In this document: positions 53,744-64,000 of the stretch, piece by piece
Numbering within the stretch: position 1 is the first letter of the stretch
Layout of the letters: the number at the start of each line of letters is the position of its first letter
Source: Octopus vulgaris
Lineage: Eukaryota
Direction: 5' to 3'
Assembly: GCA_951406725.2 (NCBI GenBank)
Contig: OX597828.1
Location: 70,308,001-70,372,000, forward strand
DNA: 64,000 nt
Position numbers and translations under genes: made by a program
Notes under the pieces: model-generated
The model's input: only the letters and a program-made list of their open reading frames with translations
What the model was told of the DNA's origin: nothing
The model's database searches: none

Positions 53744-54255
53744 CCTTTTTGTTATAGGCGCAAGGCCTGAAATTTTGGGGGAGGAATAAGTGTGTCATTT
53801 ACATCAACCCCAATGTTTATCTGGTATTCATTTTATTGCCCCACCCCACCCCACCCCATAAAAAAAGAGAATGAAAGGCAAAGCAAGCTTTGGTGGGATT
53901 TGAACTCAGACCTTAAAGAGCCAAAAGAAATGCTATTAAAGCATTTTGCCCAATGTGCCAATGTGCCAGCTGACCACCTTTTTGATGATGATTACGATGA
54001 TGATGATGATAATAATAATAATAATCATTGTCATCATCGTTTAACGTCCGCTTTCCATGCTAGCATGGGTTGGACGAATGACTGAGGGCTGGCGAACCAG
54101 ATGGCTGCACCAGGCTTCAATCTTGATCTGGCAGAGTTTCTACAGCTGGATGCCCTTCCTAATGCCAACCACTCCAAGAGTGTAGTGGGTGCTTTCATTA
54201 TAATAATAGCAATAGATAAATAAATAAATAAATTTCTGTCGTAGTAATAATAATG

Positions 54256-54292
<37 letters not shown>

Positions 54293-54616
54293 TGATGATG
54301 ATGATGATGATAGTTAATAAATAAAATTAAAAGGATTGAAATAAAAGTGAAGCTTTTTAAATTCCCCCACCATCTAAACCAATTCTTTGTAATCCTACTC
54401 TGCCTTAACATAATTCAAAAAACCCTTAGAAATGAGAGAAGCAGGACAAATATAACTACATATATACATACATACATATATGATATATATATATGTGTGT
54501 GTGTGTATATATATATGGATATGGATATATTAAAAGAAGAGAGAGAGTTAAGCCAGGAGGGTAATTGGTGCCTTTGCTAACCAGCATCAATTGTTCTACC
54601 ACTCTGCTTTTTCTAG

Positions 54617-54652
54617 GTGGCCACAGAGATCCAAAAGATCTATCAATGAAAG
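54617..54652 (+). CDS. Candidate 36-nt cassette microexon in the PDZ loop (G-GHRDPKDLSMK)
   Basis: tgctttttctag|GT...AAAG|gtttgt; phase 1-1, open frame; duplicates the 3' end and donor of exon F. Confidence 0.75.
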
Positions 54653-57217
54653 GTTTGTGTGCTATTTTTATTTATTAATTTCTTTCCCCCCTCTCTCTCT
54701 CTCTCCCCCTCTCCAATGTTCTTGATCTATCCCCCATCATCGTCAAACCGTGAAAGTGCCGCTGTTGCTATATAGTCCCCGCCCCCTGCTAATTCCACGT
54801 CCTCTTCTTCTTCTTTGCTCTCTGCGACTGGTTTTCATAACCAGAAGCATTATACACTTTATTCTGACCAGGGCATTTTAAGAAACCCCTTAAGCCTTTT
54901 ATTACCACATTTCTCTTGAAGTACACAGTTTGTATTCATTATTTGAAAATAATAAATAATTTTTTAAAAATAATTTTGTTATTATTAAGCTGGAATTTGG
55001 AACAAACAGTGGTAGGAAATTTTGGTAGAAGGCTTTCATTAAGGTCCTTTTAAAACAGGGAGTTTGTATCAGAGAAGCAGGGGCAGTTTCAAGCAGGTTC
55101 ATATCAAATGGCTCAAAATGCAGTTAGCAGTTTTGGAGATGGTTTTCAAATGCCATATATATATGTATATATATATATGGATATAGATATATAGATATAA
55201 ATAATTATATATATATAATATAAATATAGATATAAATTTATAGATGTATGTTTTTATAATGTAAAGGAATTGGGATTTGAAATCTGGGCACTCTGATACA
55301 ACCCAGATCTGCCTAACCACATCAATTAATAAGGAACATTAAGAATCATTTCAGATAAACATTAAACTTTCTAACTTTCTGGGTGCAATCCAATGGTCAT
55401 TTATGACTGAAGGGGTTTCTATACATACATATATACATGCATGCATGCATACATATATGCATGCATACATACATGCATGCATGCATACATACATACATAC
55501 ATACATACACACATACATACATACATGCATACATACATACATACATACATACATACATACATACATACATACAACTCATGAAAGAATGTGATGTAGTAAA
55601 GCTTATCAAAATATTAAAACTCTTCCCACCTTATGTGGTCCATTCACAACAGTGCAATGTATTATTATTCTGAAGCATTTTAATAAAGCTATGGGTGTGT
55701 CCCTTCATGTTATAGAACAACTTATCAGTTAGGGTCAGGGTTATTATTGGAGGGACAACACATTGTGTGTTTGTTCTGTGATGTTTCAGTTATTCTGTGT
55801 GTGCCTGTTAACCATATCCTCTGTATGTGTGTGAGGAGTGAGGTTAGTTAGGGTTTGCTTGTATATTTTGTTTTTATAATTTCTTAATGACTTAATCAGA
55901 GGTGAGAGGGTATCATCCATGATTGGTGGAAATAAGGAAATTCATTACCCTCAAACCATAATCCAAGCTTACATCCTTGAAACAGAGGTAGAGACCAAAA
56001 AGTAGCTAAGGGAATGGTATTGATGTTAAAATGGACAATCCATTAAGTCCTATATCCCACAAACTCCATCTCTCAGATGCAATTTTTGTGGTGTAAGACT
56101 TAATCCTGTCTCCCAGACAGGCTTCCTCACAATTTCCCTCCACCAAATTATGCTTGCAATACTTTGATCAACCCAGTGCTATGACAGAAGATACTTCTCC
56201 ATTGTGCTGTGCAAAAGGATCGAACCTGAAAAGATGTATTTGGGAAGAAAAGGTCTTAAGCATGCTTTGTTGGGATGAAGAACCACCACATGACACACCC
56301 TCACCCTGCTGCCCCATATGCGACACTTCCTCACTTCCACATGCTCTACCATTCCTGCATAACATTGCTGCCCACTCAATTTGTTCCTACTACAGCATTA
56401 TGCCCTATGCATAACATGCCCTCACACTTATACGACACCCCACAACATCCCTTCACTATCACTCTGTACACCCTACAGTAACACTTTGACCCCAGGCTAC
56501 ACTAAACTATAGTAACAAAGAGAAACTGTGGAACCCCAGGCAACTTGTGATGGTATGAAGTGGTAAAGAGGAAAGTCACAAAGCAGAATAAATTATATTT
56601 CAATGTAAGGAATGAGCAAAGTGTGCGATATAGGTGCAGAGACCCTTCAGACGAAGGGCTTGGCCCTCAACATTAGATTTCTATCCCTTCTAATAGTACA
56701 ATAATCAGCTCTTATTTTGTGAATGTTTTCAACAAGACATTAGATGGTCGAGAGCATCAGGGTGTTGCTACAGAGTAAATAACTGGTCATCTCTCTCTCT
56801 CTCTTGCTGACCATATCTATTGACCACCACACTTATCAACTTGGCCCAAACCAGTACAGCATCACACTGAGCCATTTCTCTATCCTATGGAAATTTTAGC
56901 TCTCCAAGGATCGACTTAGCTTCTTCTCCCTCTGGGGTTTGATAAAATAAGTACCAGTCATAAACTGTGTGCCCCTGACCAATAGCTTTTGTCCTTTTGC
57001 CTTCATAATAAACCATTATTGGTCCCTATATCTAAGAATTGAGGATCTCATCGAGGACTTCCCTTTATACAATAGCAAATGCCTATAACAGCATACTATT
57101 ATAATCTTCCATAGATGATGCATTAAATTATTAAGGTCATCCATACTTATGTCAGCATGATATTACAGCCTCCCATACATTCAGTAATGAGTTATTAAGG
57201 TCGTCCGTCTATCTTTG

Positions 57218-57474
57218 TATTGGGTTGGTGCATAATTATTGCTGTTTTTTTTTTCAACAAATTTTATTCAACAAAAACAATAACAATATTTAATAAAAAC
57301 ATCTTTAAATGCCGGTCTGACCGTCTGCCAAGCAAATGGGAAGCAGTAATTGAGGTAGATGGTGAATATGCTCCGGAATAATCATTTAAAGATGGTTTTG
57401 TTAAATGTTGTTGTTGTTTTTGTTGAATAAAATTTGTTGAAAAAAAGCCACAATAATTATGCACCAAGCCAATA
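57218..57474. mobile_element. Mariner MITE with ~90-bp TIRs
   Basis: tattgggttggtgcataattattg ... caataattatgcaccaagccaata; centre encodes RLPSKWEAVIEVDGEY. Confidence 0.85.
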
Positions 57475-57890
57475 TATAAGTCATCACAACAGAGAGGTCA
57501 ACATTGGGCCCTCAGTGACCGAAGCTCAGTTGGAACCCCTCACTTCATCATTGCTCTCTGCGTCTGTCAGACAAATTAAAGCTTCTCACTATTTGTGCTG
57601 CCTGCTTTCTTACCTCCTCCTCTCACTCACCCTATCATCGTCACACTCTCTTCCTCCTCCTCCTCCTCCTTCACCTCACCAACACTCTCCTCTTCCTCCA
57701 CCTCCTCCTTCCTCCCTTTACACTTATTTTTCCCTTTTACCATTTATTGTCTTCTGATATATTTTATAAGTCTTATGAATCTGTTCTTTTCTTTTTTATG
57801 TTTATGTTTGTGTGTGTGTGTGTGTGACTAATAACGTAAATACATATATACATATACATACATACGTACATATACATATATATATACATA

Positions 57891-57922
<32 letters not shown>

Positions 57923-57925
57923 CTT

Positions 57926-59085
57926 ATGGCAGTGAAACATGGGCCATGACTGCTGAGGACATGCGTAAGCTCACGAGAAATGAAGCTAGTATGCTCCGTT
58001 GGATGTGTAATGTCAGTGTTCATAGTCGACAGAGTGTAAGTACCTTGAGAGAAAAGTTGGACCTAAGAGGAATCAGATGTTGTGTGCAAGAGAGACGATT
58101 GCGCTGGTATGGTCATGTGGTGAGAATGGATGAAGATAGGTGTGTGAAAAAGTGCCACACCCTGGCAGTTGAGGGGACCTGTGAAAGAGGTAGACCCAGG
58201 AAAACCTGGGTCGAGGTGGTGAAGCACGACCTTCGAACTCTAGGTCTCACCAAGGAAATGACCAGAGACCGAGACCTATGGAAGTATGCTGTGCGTGAGA
58301 AGACCCGGCAAGACCAGTGAGAACAATTAAAATCAAATCATATATCAGAAAGCAGGGGTTAAGTGACCCATCCGTTCGTGTCCGCTGTCAGCCTCGTCTG
58401 GCACCCGTGCCGGTGATACGTAAAAGCACCATTCGCTCATGGCCGTTTGCCAGCTCTGCCTGGCCCCGTGTCGGTGGCACGTAAAAGCACCATCCGTTCG
58501 TGTTCGTTGCCAGCCTCGCCTGGCCCCATGCCGGTGACACGTAAAAGCACCGTCCGTTCGTGGCCGTTTGCCAGCTCTGTCTGGCCCCGTGTCGGTGGCA
58601 CGTAAAAGCACCATCTGTTCGTGGCCGTTTGCCAGCTCTGTCTGGCCCCGTGTCGGTGGCACGTAAAAGCACCATCCGTCCGTGTCCATTGCCAGCCTCG
58701 GCTGGCCCCCGTGCCGGTGACACGTAAAAGCACCGTCCGCTCGTGGCCATTTGCCAGCTCTGTCTGGCAACCGTGTCGGTGGCACGTAAAAGCACCATCC
58801 GTCCGTGTCCGTTGCCAGCCTCGGCTGGCCCCCGTGCCGGTGACACGTAAAAGCACCATCCGTTTGTGGCCGTTCGCCAGCTCTGTCTGGCACCTGTGCA
58901 GGTGGCACGTAAAAAACACCCACTACACTCGCGGAGTGGTTGGCGTTAGGAAGGGCATCCAGCCATAGAAACACTGCCAGATCTGACTGGGCCTGACGAA
59001 GCCTTCCAGCTTCACAGACCCCAGTTGACCCGTCCAACCCATGCTAGCATGGAAAGCGGACGCTAAACGATGATGATGATGATGA
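57926..59085 (+). mobile_element. RTE LINE 3' fragment with expanded 3'UTR minisatellite
   Basis: ORF 57946-58320 is nearly the same as 12830-13190; followed by a ~61-bp tandem array and the same terminal sequence plus (GAT)n. Confidence 0.9.
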
Positions 59086-59132
<47 letters not shown>

Positions 59133-59439
59133 ATACATATATATATGTGTGTGTATACATATATATGACTGTTAGCTCCTAGGTCTTATGTGCATGTGGT
59201 GGAAGAGTGAGGTAGAAAGGGCCATAAAAAAAGAAGGGACAAGTTTGGAAATAGTGGAAAGATGGAGGTAGCAGAGAACCATACTGAATAGCTAAGAAGC
59301 AATAGGTTTATCTAGCAAAATATTCTTGTCACCATTAGGACAAGAATAAGATGGCGAAATTTCAGAGAGCCAATACCTGTGTTGGCAACAAGAAGCCAGT
59401 CATAACTTTGAGTGAAAGGTAGATTGTATGATGTTTGTA

Positions 59440-59770
59440 TATGCACAGGTAGTGAGACAAATGCAGAGGACATTGTGAAGGTTGAGCAGGAACGAGGCTA
59501 GTGTGCTCTTCGGATGTGCAGTGCTAGTGTGTTTGTACGACAAAATGCAAATGTATTGAGAGAAAAGTTTGGCATAAGAGGAGTCAGAGTAAGCAGGAGA
59601 GGAGACTGTGCTGGTCATGTGATGCTGGTCATGTGATGAGGACAGTTGTATGAAGAAGTGCCAGACATTTAGAGTGGATGGAATTTGTGGAAGAGAGGGA
59701 TCCAGGGAGGCATGGGACAAAGTATTGAAGGCTGATCTCAAGATGCTGGTCCTTACAGAGGAGATGGCAT
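59440..59770 (+). mobile_element. Old degenerate RTE fragment
   Basis: Degenerate similarity to 57930-58280. Confidence 0.5.
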
Positions 59771-59774
59771 AGTC

Positions 59775-60130
59775 CCTGGTTCAGTCCCATCATGTGGCAC
59801 GCTGGGCAAGTGTCTTCTACTATAGCCTTGGGCCGATCAAAGCCTTGTGAGTGGATTTGGCAGATGGAAACTGAAAGAAGCCTATTGCACATATATGTAT
59901 CTCTGAGTGTGTGTGTCTTTGTGTCTGTGTTTGTCCCCCGCTACTGCTTGACAACCAGTGTTGGTGTGTTTATGTCCCTGTAACTTAGCGGTTCAGTTAA
60001 AGAAACCGATAGAATAAGCACAGGTTTTACAAAGAAACAATAAGTACTGGGGTCGATTCATACAAACTAAAATTCTTCAAGGCCATGCCCCAGCATGGCC
60101 ACAGTCTAATGAGGGAAACAAGTAAAAATA
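59775..60130 (+). mobile_element. tRNA-derived SINE family B with internal microsatellite (others: + ~9815, ~15625-16085, ~36925; - ~1-40, 11505-13910 split, ~14515-14890, ~19625-20005, 42530-43420 split, ~46030-46180)
   Basis: ggttcagtccca...gggcaagtgtcttctactatagcc...gaaactgaaagaagcc head and ...ccagcatggccacagtc...gaaacaagtaaaa tail recur many times. Confidence 0.85.
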
Positions 60131-60586
60131 AAGATAGGTGTATACACACACACACACATACACACGCACGCACACACGCACGCACCTTCATCAGTACCAT
60201 TTCAATTCAACAGAGTGGAACATTTACTTGGTCCCTAACACCTAATGTTCATCTTCCTGAAACCCTTTGCTTTTATAATCCTGTTCACTCTAAAAGCTGT
60301 ACAATAATAAATGGTCAGAATTCCTGTTAGAATCCTCACAAAACCCAAACTGTAGACAAATAAGACAATAGTCAGGGCAAGAGACAGAATGTTGTTCCTG
60401 GAACTGATGGCACCGCAAATGAAATATCCTGACTTCCAATTTGTGCTCTTGTTTATGTTTTTGTTTTGTATTTTTATTTTGGTTTCCCAATCTCTGCTTT
60501 TTGTGATTTATTGTGAATCAGTGGCTTTCAATAATGCCTTGTCCAATGTGTTTTTAATCTGCTGTGGTTTCTCATTTGTCTGGCAG

Positions 60587-60712
60587 GAAATGGAATTGGG
60601 ATGAAAATTGTTGGAGGTAAACAGCAAGGACCTGACGAAGAGATGGTGGCATATGTAGCAGCCATTTATCCTGGAGGTATTGCAGAACAGCTACATGGAG
60701 AGCTGGAAGAAG
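60587..60712 (+). CDS. PCLO: Piccolo-like exon G, PDZ core (GNGIGMKIVGGKQQGPDEEMVAYVAAIYPGGIAEQLHGELEEG); not in ORF track
   Basis: Acceptor tttgtctggcag|GA, donor AAG|gtaaga, 126 nt, phase 1-1; GIGM carboxylate-binding loop and typical PDZ betaC-alphaA pattern. Confidence 0.92.
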
Positions 60713-60846
60713 GTAAGAACCATTGCAAAACAGCAACCATTTTCTGCCTATGGACCCCCAATGATTCTTAAGGACCCTTATAACCATTTGATATTTTAAA
60801 AAATCCCGTTACACTTTTATATTTGAATTCTTTAATTAATTTAATT

Positions 60847-61470
60847 CATCGTTTAACGTTCGTTTTCCATGCTGGCGTGGGTTGGACAATTCGACTGAGG
60901 TCTGGGAAGCCAGGCAACTGCACCAGGCCCCAATCTGATCTGGCAGTATTTCTACAGCTGGATGCCCTTCCTAATGCCAACCATTCCGGGAGCGTAGTGG
61001 GTGCTTTTTACATGCCACTGGCACAGGGGCCAGAGGAGCTGACATTGACCACAATCGGATGGTGCTTTTTACAGGCTGCCGGCATGGAAGCCAGTCAAAG
61101 TGGCACTGGCATCGGTCACGTTCAGATGGTGCTTTTTACGTGCTCCCAGCACGGGGGTCACAACTACAATTTCCATTTGATTTGATGTTGATGTATTTGA
61201 CTCAATAGGTTTCCTCAAGCACGGTATGTTGCCCTACAATCCAAGGTGGACTGGTTATGTGACACTGGTGTAGGTTACAGCTGTGGACTCACTTTATTTG
61301 CCAGGTCTTGTCAGTCACAGCATACCTCCAGCAGTCTCAGTCTTTTGTCATTGCCTCTGTGAGGCCCAACATTCAAAGGTCATGTTTCACCACTTCATCC
61401 CATGTCTTCCTGGATCTCCTTCTACCCCAGATTGCTTCCACTGTTTGGGAGTGGCACTTCTGTACGCAGC
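60847..61470 (-). mobile_element. RTE LINE 3' fragment (antisense)
   Basis: Reverse complement of the RTE terminus (cgtttaacg...ttccatgc...gggttgga) and ORF end. Confidence 0.75.
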
Positions 61471-61919
61471 TCTAAATATCATTAGGAATTGTATAAAAAA
61501 AAATTTTAATATTTTGTATATTGTAGAAGTAAAACAAATATTTTAATAATAAAATCTTATATGGACCCCGGTTGAGAATCACAGTTGTCCTTGTATTTCG
61601 ATGGTGGGTTCTTGTTGTTTAGCAGAGGGACATATCCTGTCTAATGAAACAGATGAGGGAGCATCACATCCTTCTCCCTAGTATTGTATTTTATCCAATG
61701 TGTCACTCCATTTCAGAGATTTTTTACTATGATTTGAGGGACATTTGGTTGCTATTTTTAGAAGGTTAAATAACCATGTAGCAGGTCTTTTGTTGTTTTT
61801 AGTGAAGAACTGATGCTTGGGCATTGACGGACGACAAGGGATAACAGAGCAGGGAGTCCTTGAGTTTTAAAGTAATTGGCTGCACTGTAGAGTTTAGGAC
61901 AATTAGAGCTGATGCAAGG

Positions 61920-61953
<34 letters not shown>

Positions 61954-63823
61954 GTTTAACGTCCGCTTTCCATGCTAGCATGGGTTGGATGAATGACTGA
62001 GGGCTGGCGAACCAGATGGCCGCACCAGGCTTCAATCTTGATCTGGCAGAGTTTCTACAGCTGGATGCCCTTCCTAACGCCAACCACTCCAAGAGTGTAG
62101 TAGGTGCTTTCACATGCCACCGGAACGGGGGCCAGTCAGGCAGTACTGGTAATGACCTCGCTCGAATCTTTTTACACATGCCAACAGCACAGGTGCCAGT
62201 AAGGTGATGCTGGTAACGATCATGCTTGAATGGTGTCTTTTACGTGCCACCGGCAAGGAGGCCAGATAGCTGCTCTGGCAACGATCACGCTGGCAACGAT
62301 CCAGGATGTAATAAATGCTGGAACATATAGCTAGCCTACAAGAATATTTGCAACCACATGTATGATGATATCAGGGGTTTTGTTCTATGCCTTGACCTGA
62401 GTATAGGACAGGGCTCACCTCTTTGAGCTGGGAAATGAATGGAATGTCTGGTGTGTGTCTTGTTGTGACTACCCGCTCCTAAAAAAAAATGGGAGGAATA
62501 GGCCTGGGTGTATGAAGAGAAATATGTATGATGGTAGAGTGTTGCACATCCAAGGAAGATCGTTCTGCAAATTCTGGCCAAACAAATGATTTGCTTGATA
62601 GTGATCAAATGGTTGTAATGTTCATTAGCTCACTCTGTCTCTATCAAATCAACGTTGCCTGAACAGATGCACGGTGTACCACATGTCAGGTTTCAAAGTG
62701 ATAGCAGAGCAACATGTTTTTGCTCAAGAACTCACTGAACCACCCAGTTCAGGAATTGAAACCACAATCATGAGATCATGAATGCAGCACCCTAACCACT
62801 AGCCCATGCACCTTCACAATAATCACATGTATGGCCTGTGGGTTACTGATAGCAGAAATTACTAGGTAACCATGATAGCACTACATGTAGAAATTATGAG
62901 CTTATGTGTTAACTGTAAGGTCCTTAGCAAAGGGCAAAACCCGTTGTGTGGTATGTTTTTTGTAGTAGAGAGTAAGGATCTCTGTGCCAGCCACATGTAT
63001 ATTAGTCATGAGTTGCCCACAAGAGGGGGCAAGTGTAAATATTAGGGCAACTCATTTACAGGGTACGTATAGCCTGAAGATAAGGGTATAGACAAGGGTA
63101 ACGTGTATGAAAGTATAAGGTTACATCTTTAGGGGTGGGGTACAGATGAGGGGGATAATATTTTGGAAGTTGGTAGGAAAGATAGATTTCCTGAGGGAAG
63201 AATCAATGCAGAAGATGGAAATGATGTGAGCCCACACATCACGTGATGAACATATCAGACATGGAGATGGAAGTGTGTTTTTATATGCGTCTCTAGTTAT
63301 ACTCTATGCAGATGTGCATGCACAAAATACTCAAAAATATAGTTTACATACATACATACATGTGTGTGTGTGTGTGTGTATGTGAGTATGTGTGTGTGTG
63401 TGTGTGAATTTATACACACACAATCACACATACACACATAACCTGATGTAACTTTCATGCAGGTATATGTAATCCGGGTTAAGACAATCCCATATGTAAA
63501 TACGTGTGTGTGTGTGTGTGTATGTGATATATATATATGTGTATATATATGTATGTATATATGATTTTGTATACAACACAATATCATCATGTATGTAGGT
63601 TTGTATAAATATAAGTGTGTGTACATACACACGCCACACACACACACTGATATGTATACTTGTGTACATAAAGATAGATACATTTGCATACATAAATACA
63701 TGCATGCACACACGTGCACGTGTGTGTACATATATATGTACATAGAATGATAGACAGACAGACAGACAGTAAGATTGACAGAAAGAGGGAAACAAGTTGC
63801 AAACACACACACATTTATATGTT

Positions 63824-63859
<36 letters not shown>

Positions 63860-64000
63860 CACTCACTCATGTGTTGTTGGTTAAAGAGTATATAAGTTTA
63901 AGTCAGAAATTAATTGTAAACAGATGGAAATGTTTCGCACGATGCATACAAATTTAGTGTGTATGCTTCCGTGTGTGATACGTCTGTGAGTGTATAAATA

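Noticed and set aside
56640-56680. cagacgaagggc-ttg-gccctcaac, resembling a Penelope-type minimal hammerhead (similar trace at ~22530)
   Set aside because: Both catalytic boxes are mutated; at best a dead remnant.
58370-58920. CRISPR-like regular repeat spacing
   Set aside because: The intervening sequences are themselves repeats, the context is a eukaryotic LINE 3'UTR, and there are no cas genes.

Overview
Eukaryotic, AT-rich, microsatellite- and SINE-dense DNA, most likely an octopus/coleoid cephalopod (inferred from repeat content). The window covers the interior of one + strand gene, a Piccolo/Bassoon-like (Fife/Clarinet-type) presynaptic active-zone scaffold. Seven phase-compatible GT-AG exons can be joined: 1731-2313, 29371-32360, 36006-36357, 43604-45391, 46418-46539, 48851-48935 and 60587-60712, ending inside the PDZ domain. 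Both gene ends lie outside the window. Nearly all other ORF-track entries are microsatellite artefacts or retroelement remnants. Main observations: (1) a HERO-clade LINE 3' fragment in intron 1 whose 3'UTR holds all hammerhead ribozyme core elements in a rearranged (non-circularly permuted) order, on the sense strand of the pre-mRNA; (2) several frame-preserving candidate microexons with upstream UGC motifs, including a 36-nt exon that duplicates the RDPKD loop of the PDZ domain; (3) candidate internal promoters/first exons suggesting long, medium and short isoforms; (4) nested, palindromic and inverted repeat structures that could form dsRNA. All calls are from reading the sequence by eye, and repeat boundaries are approximate.
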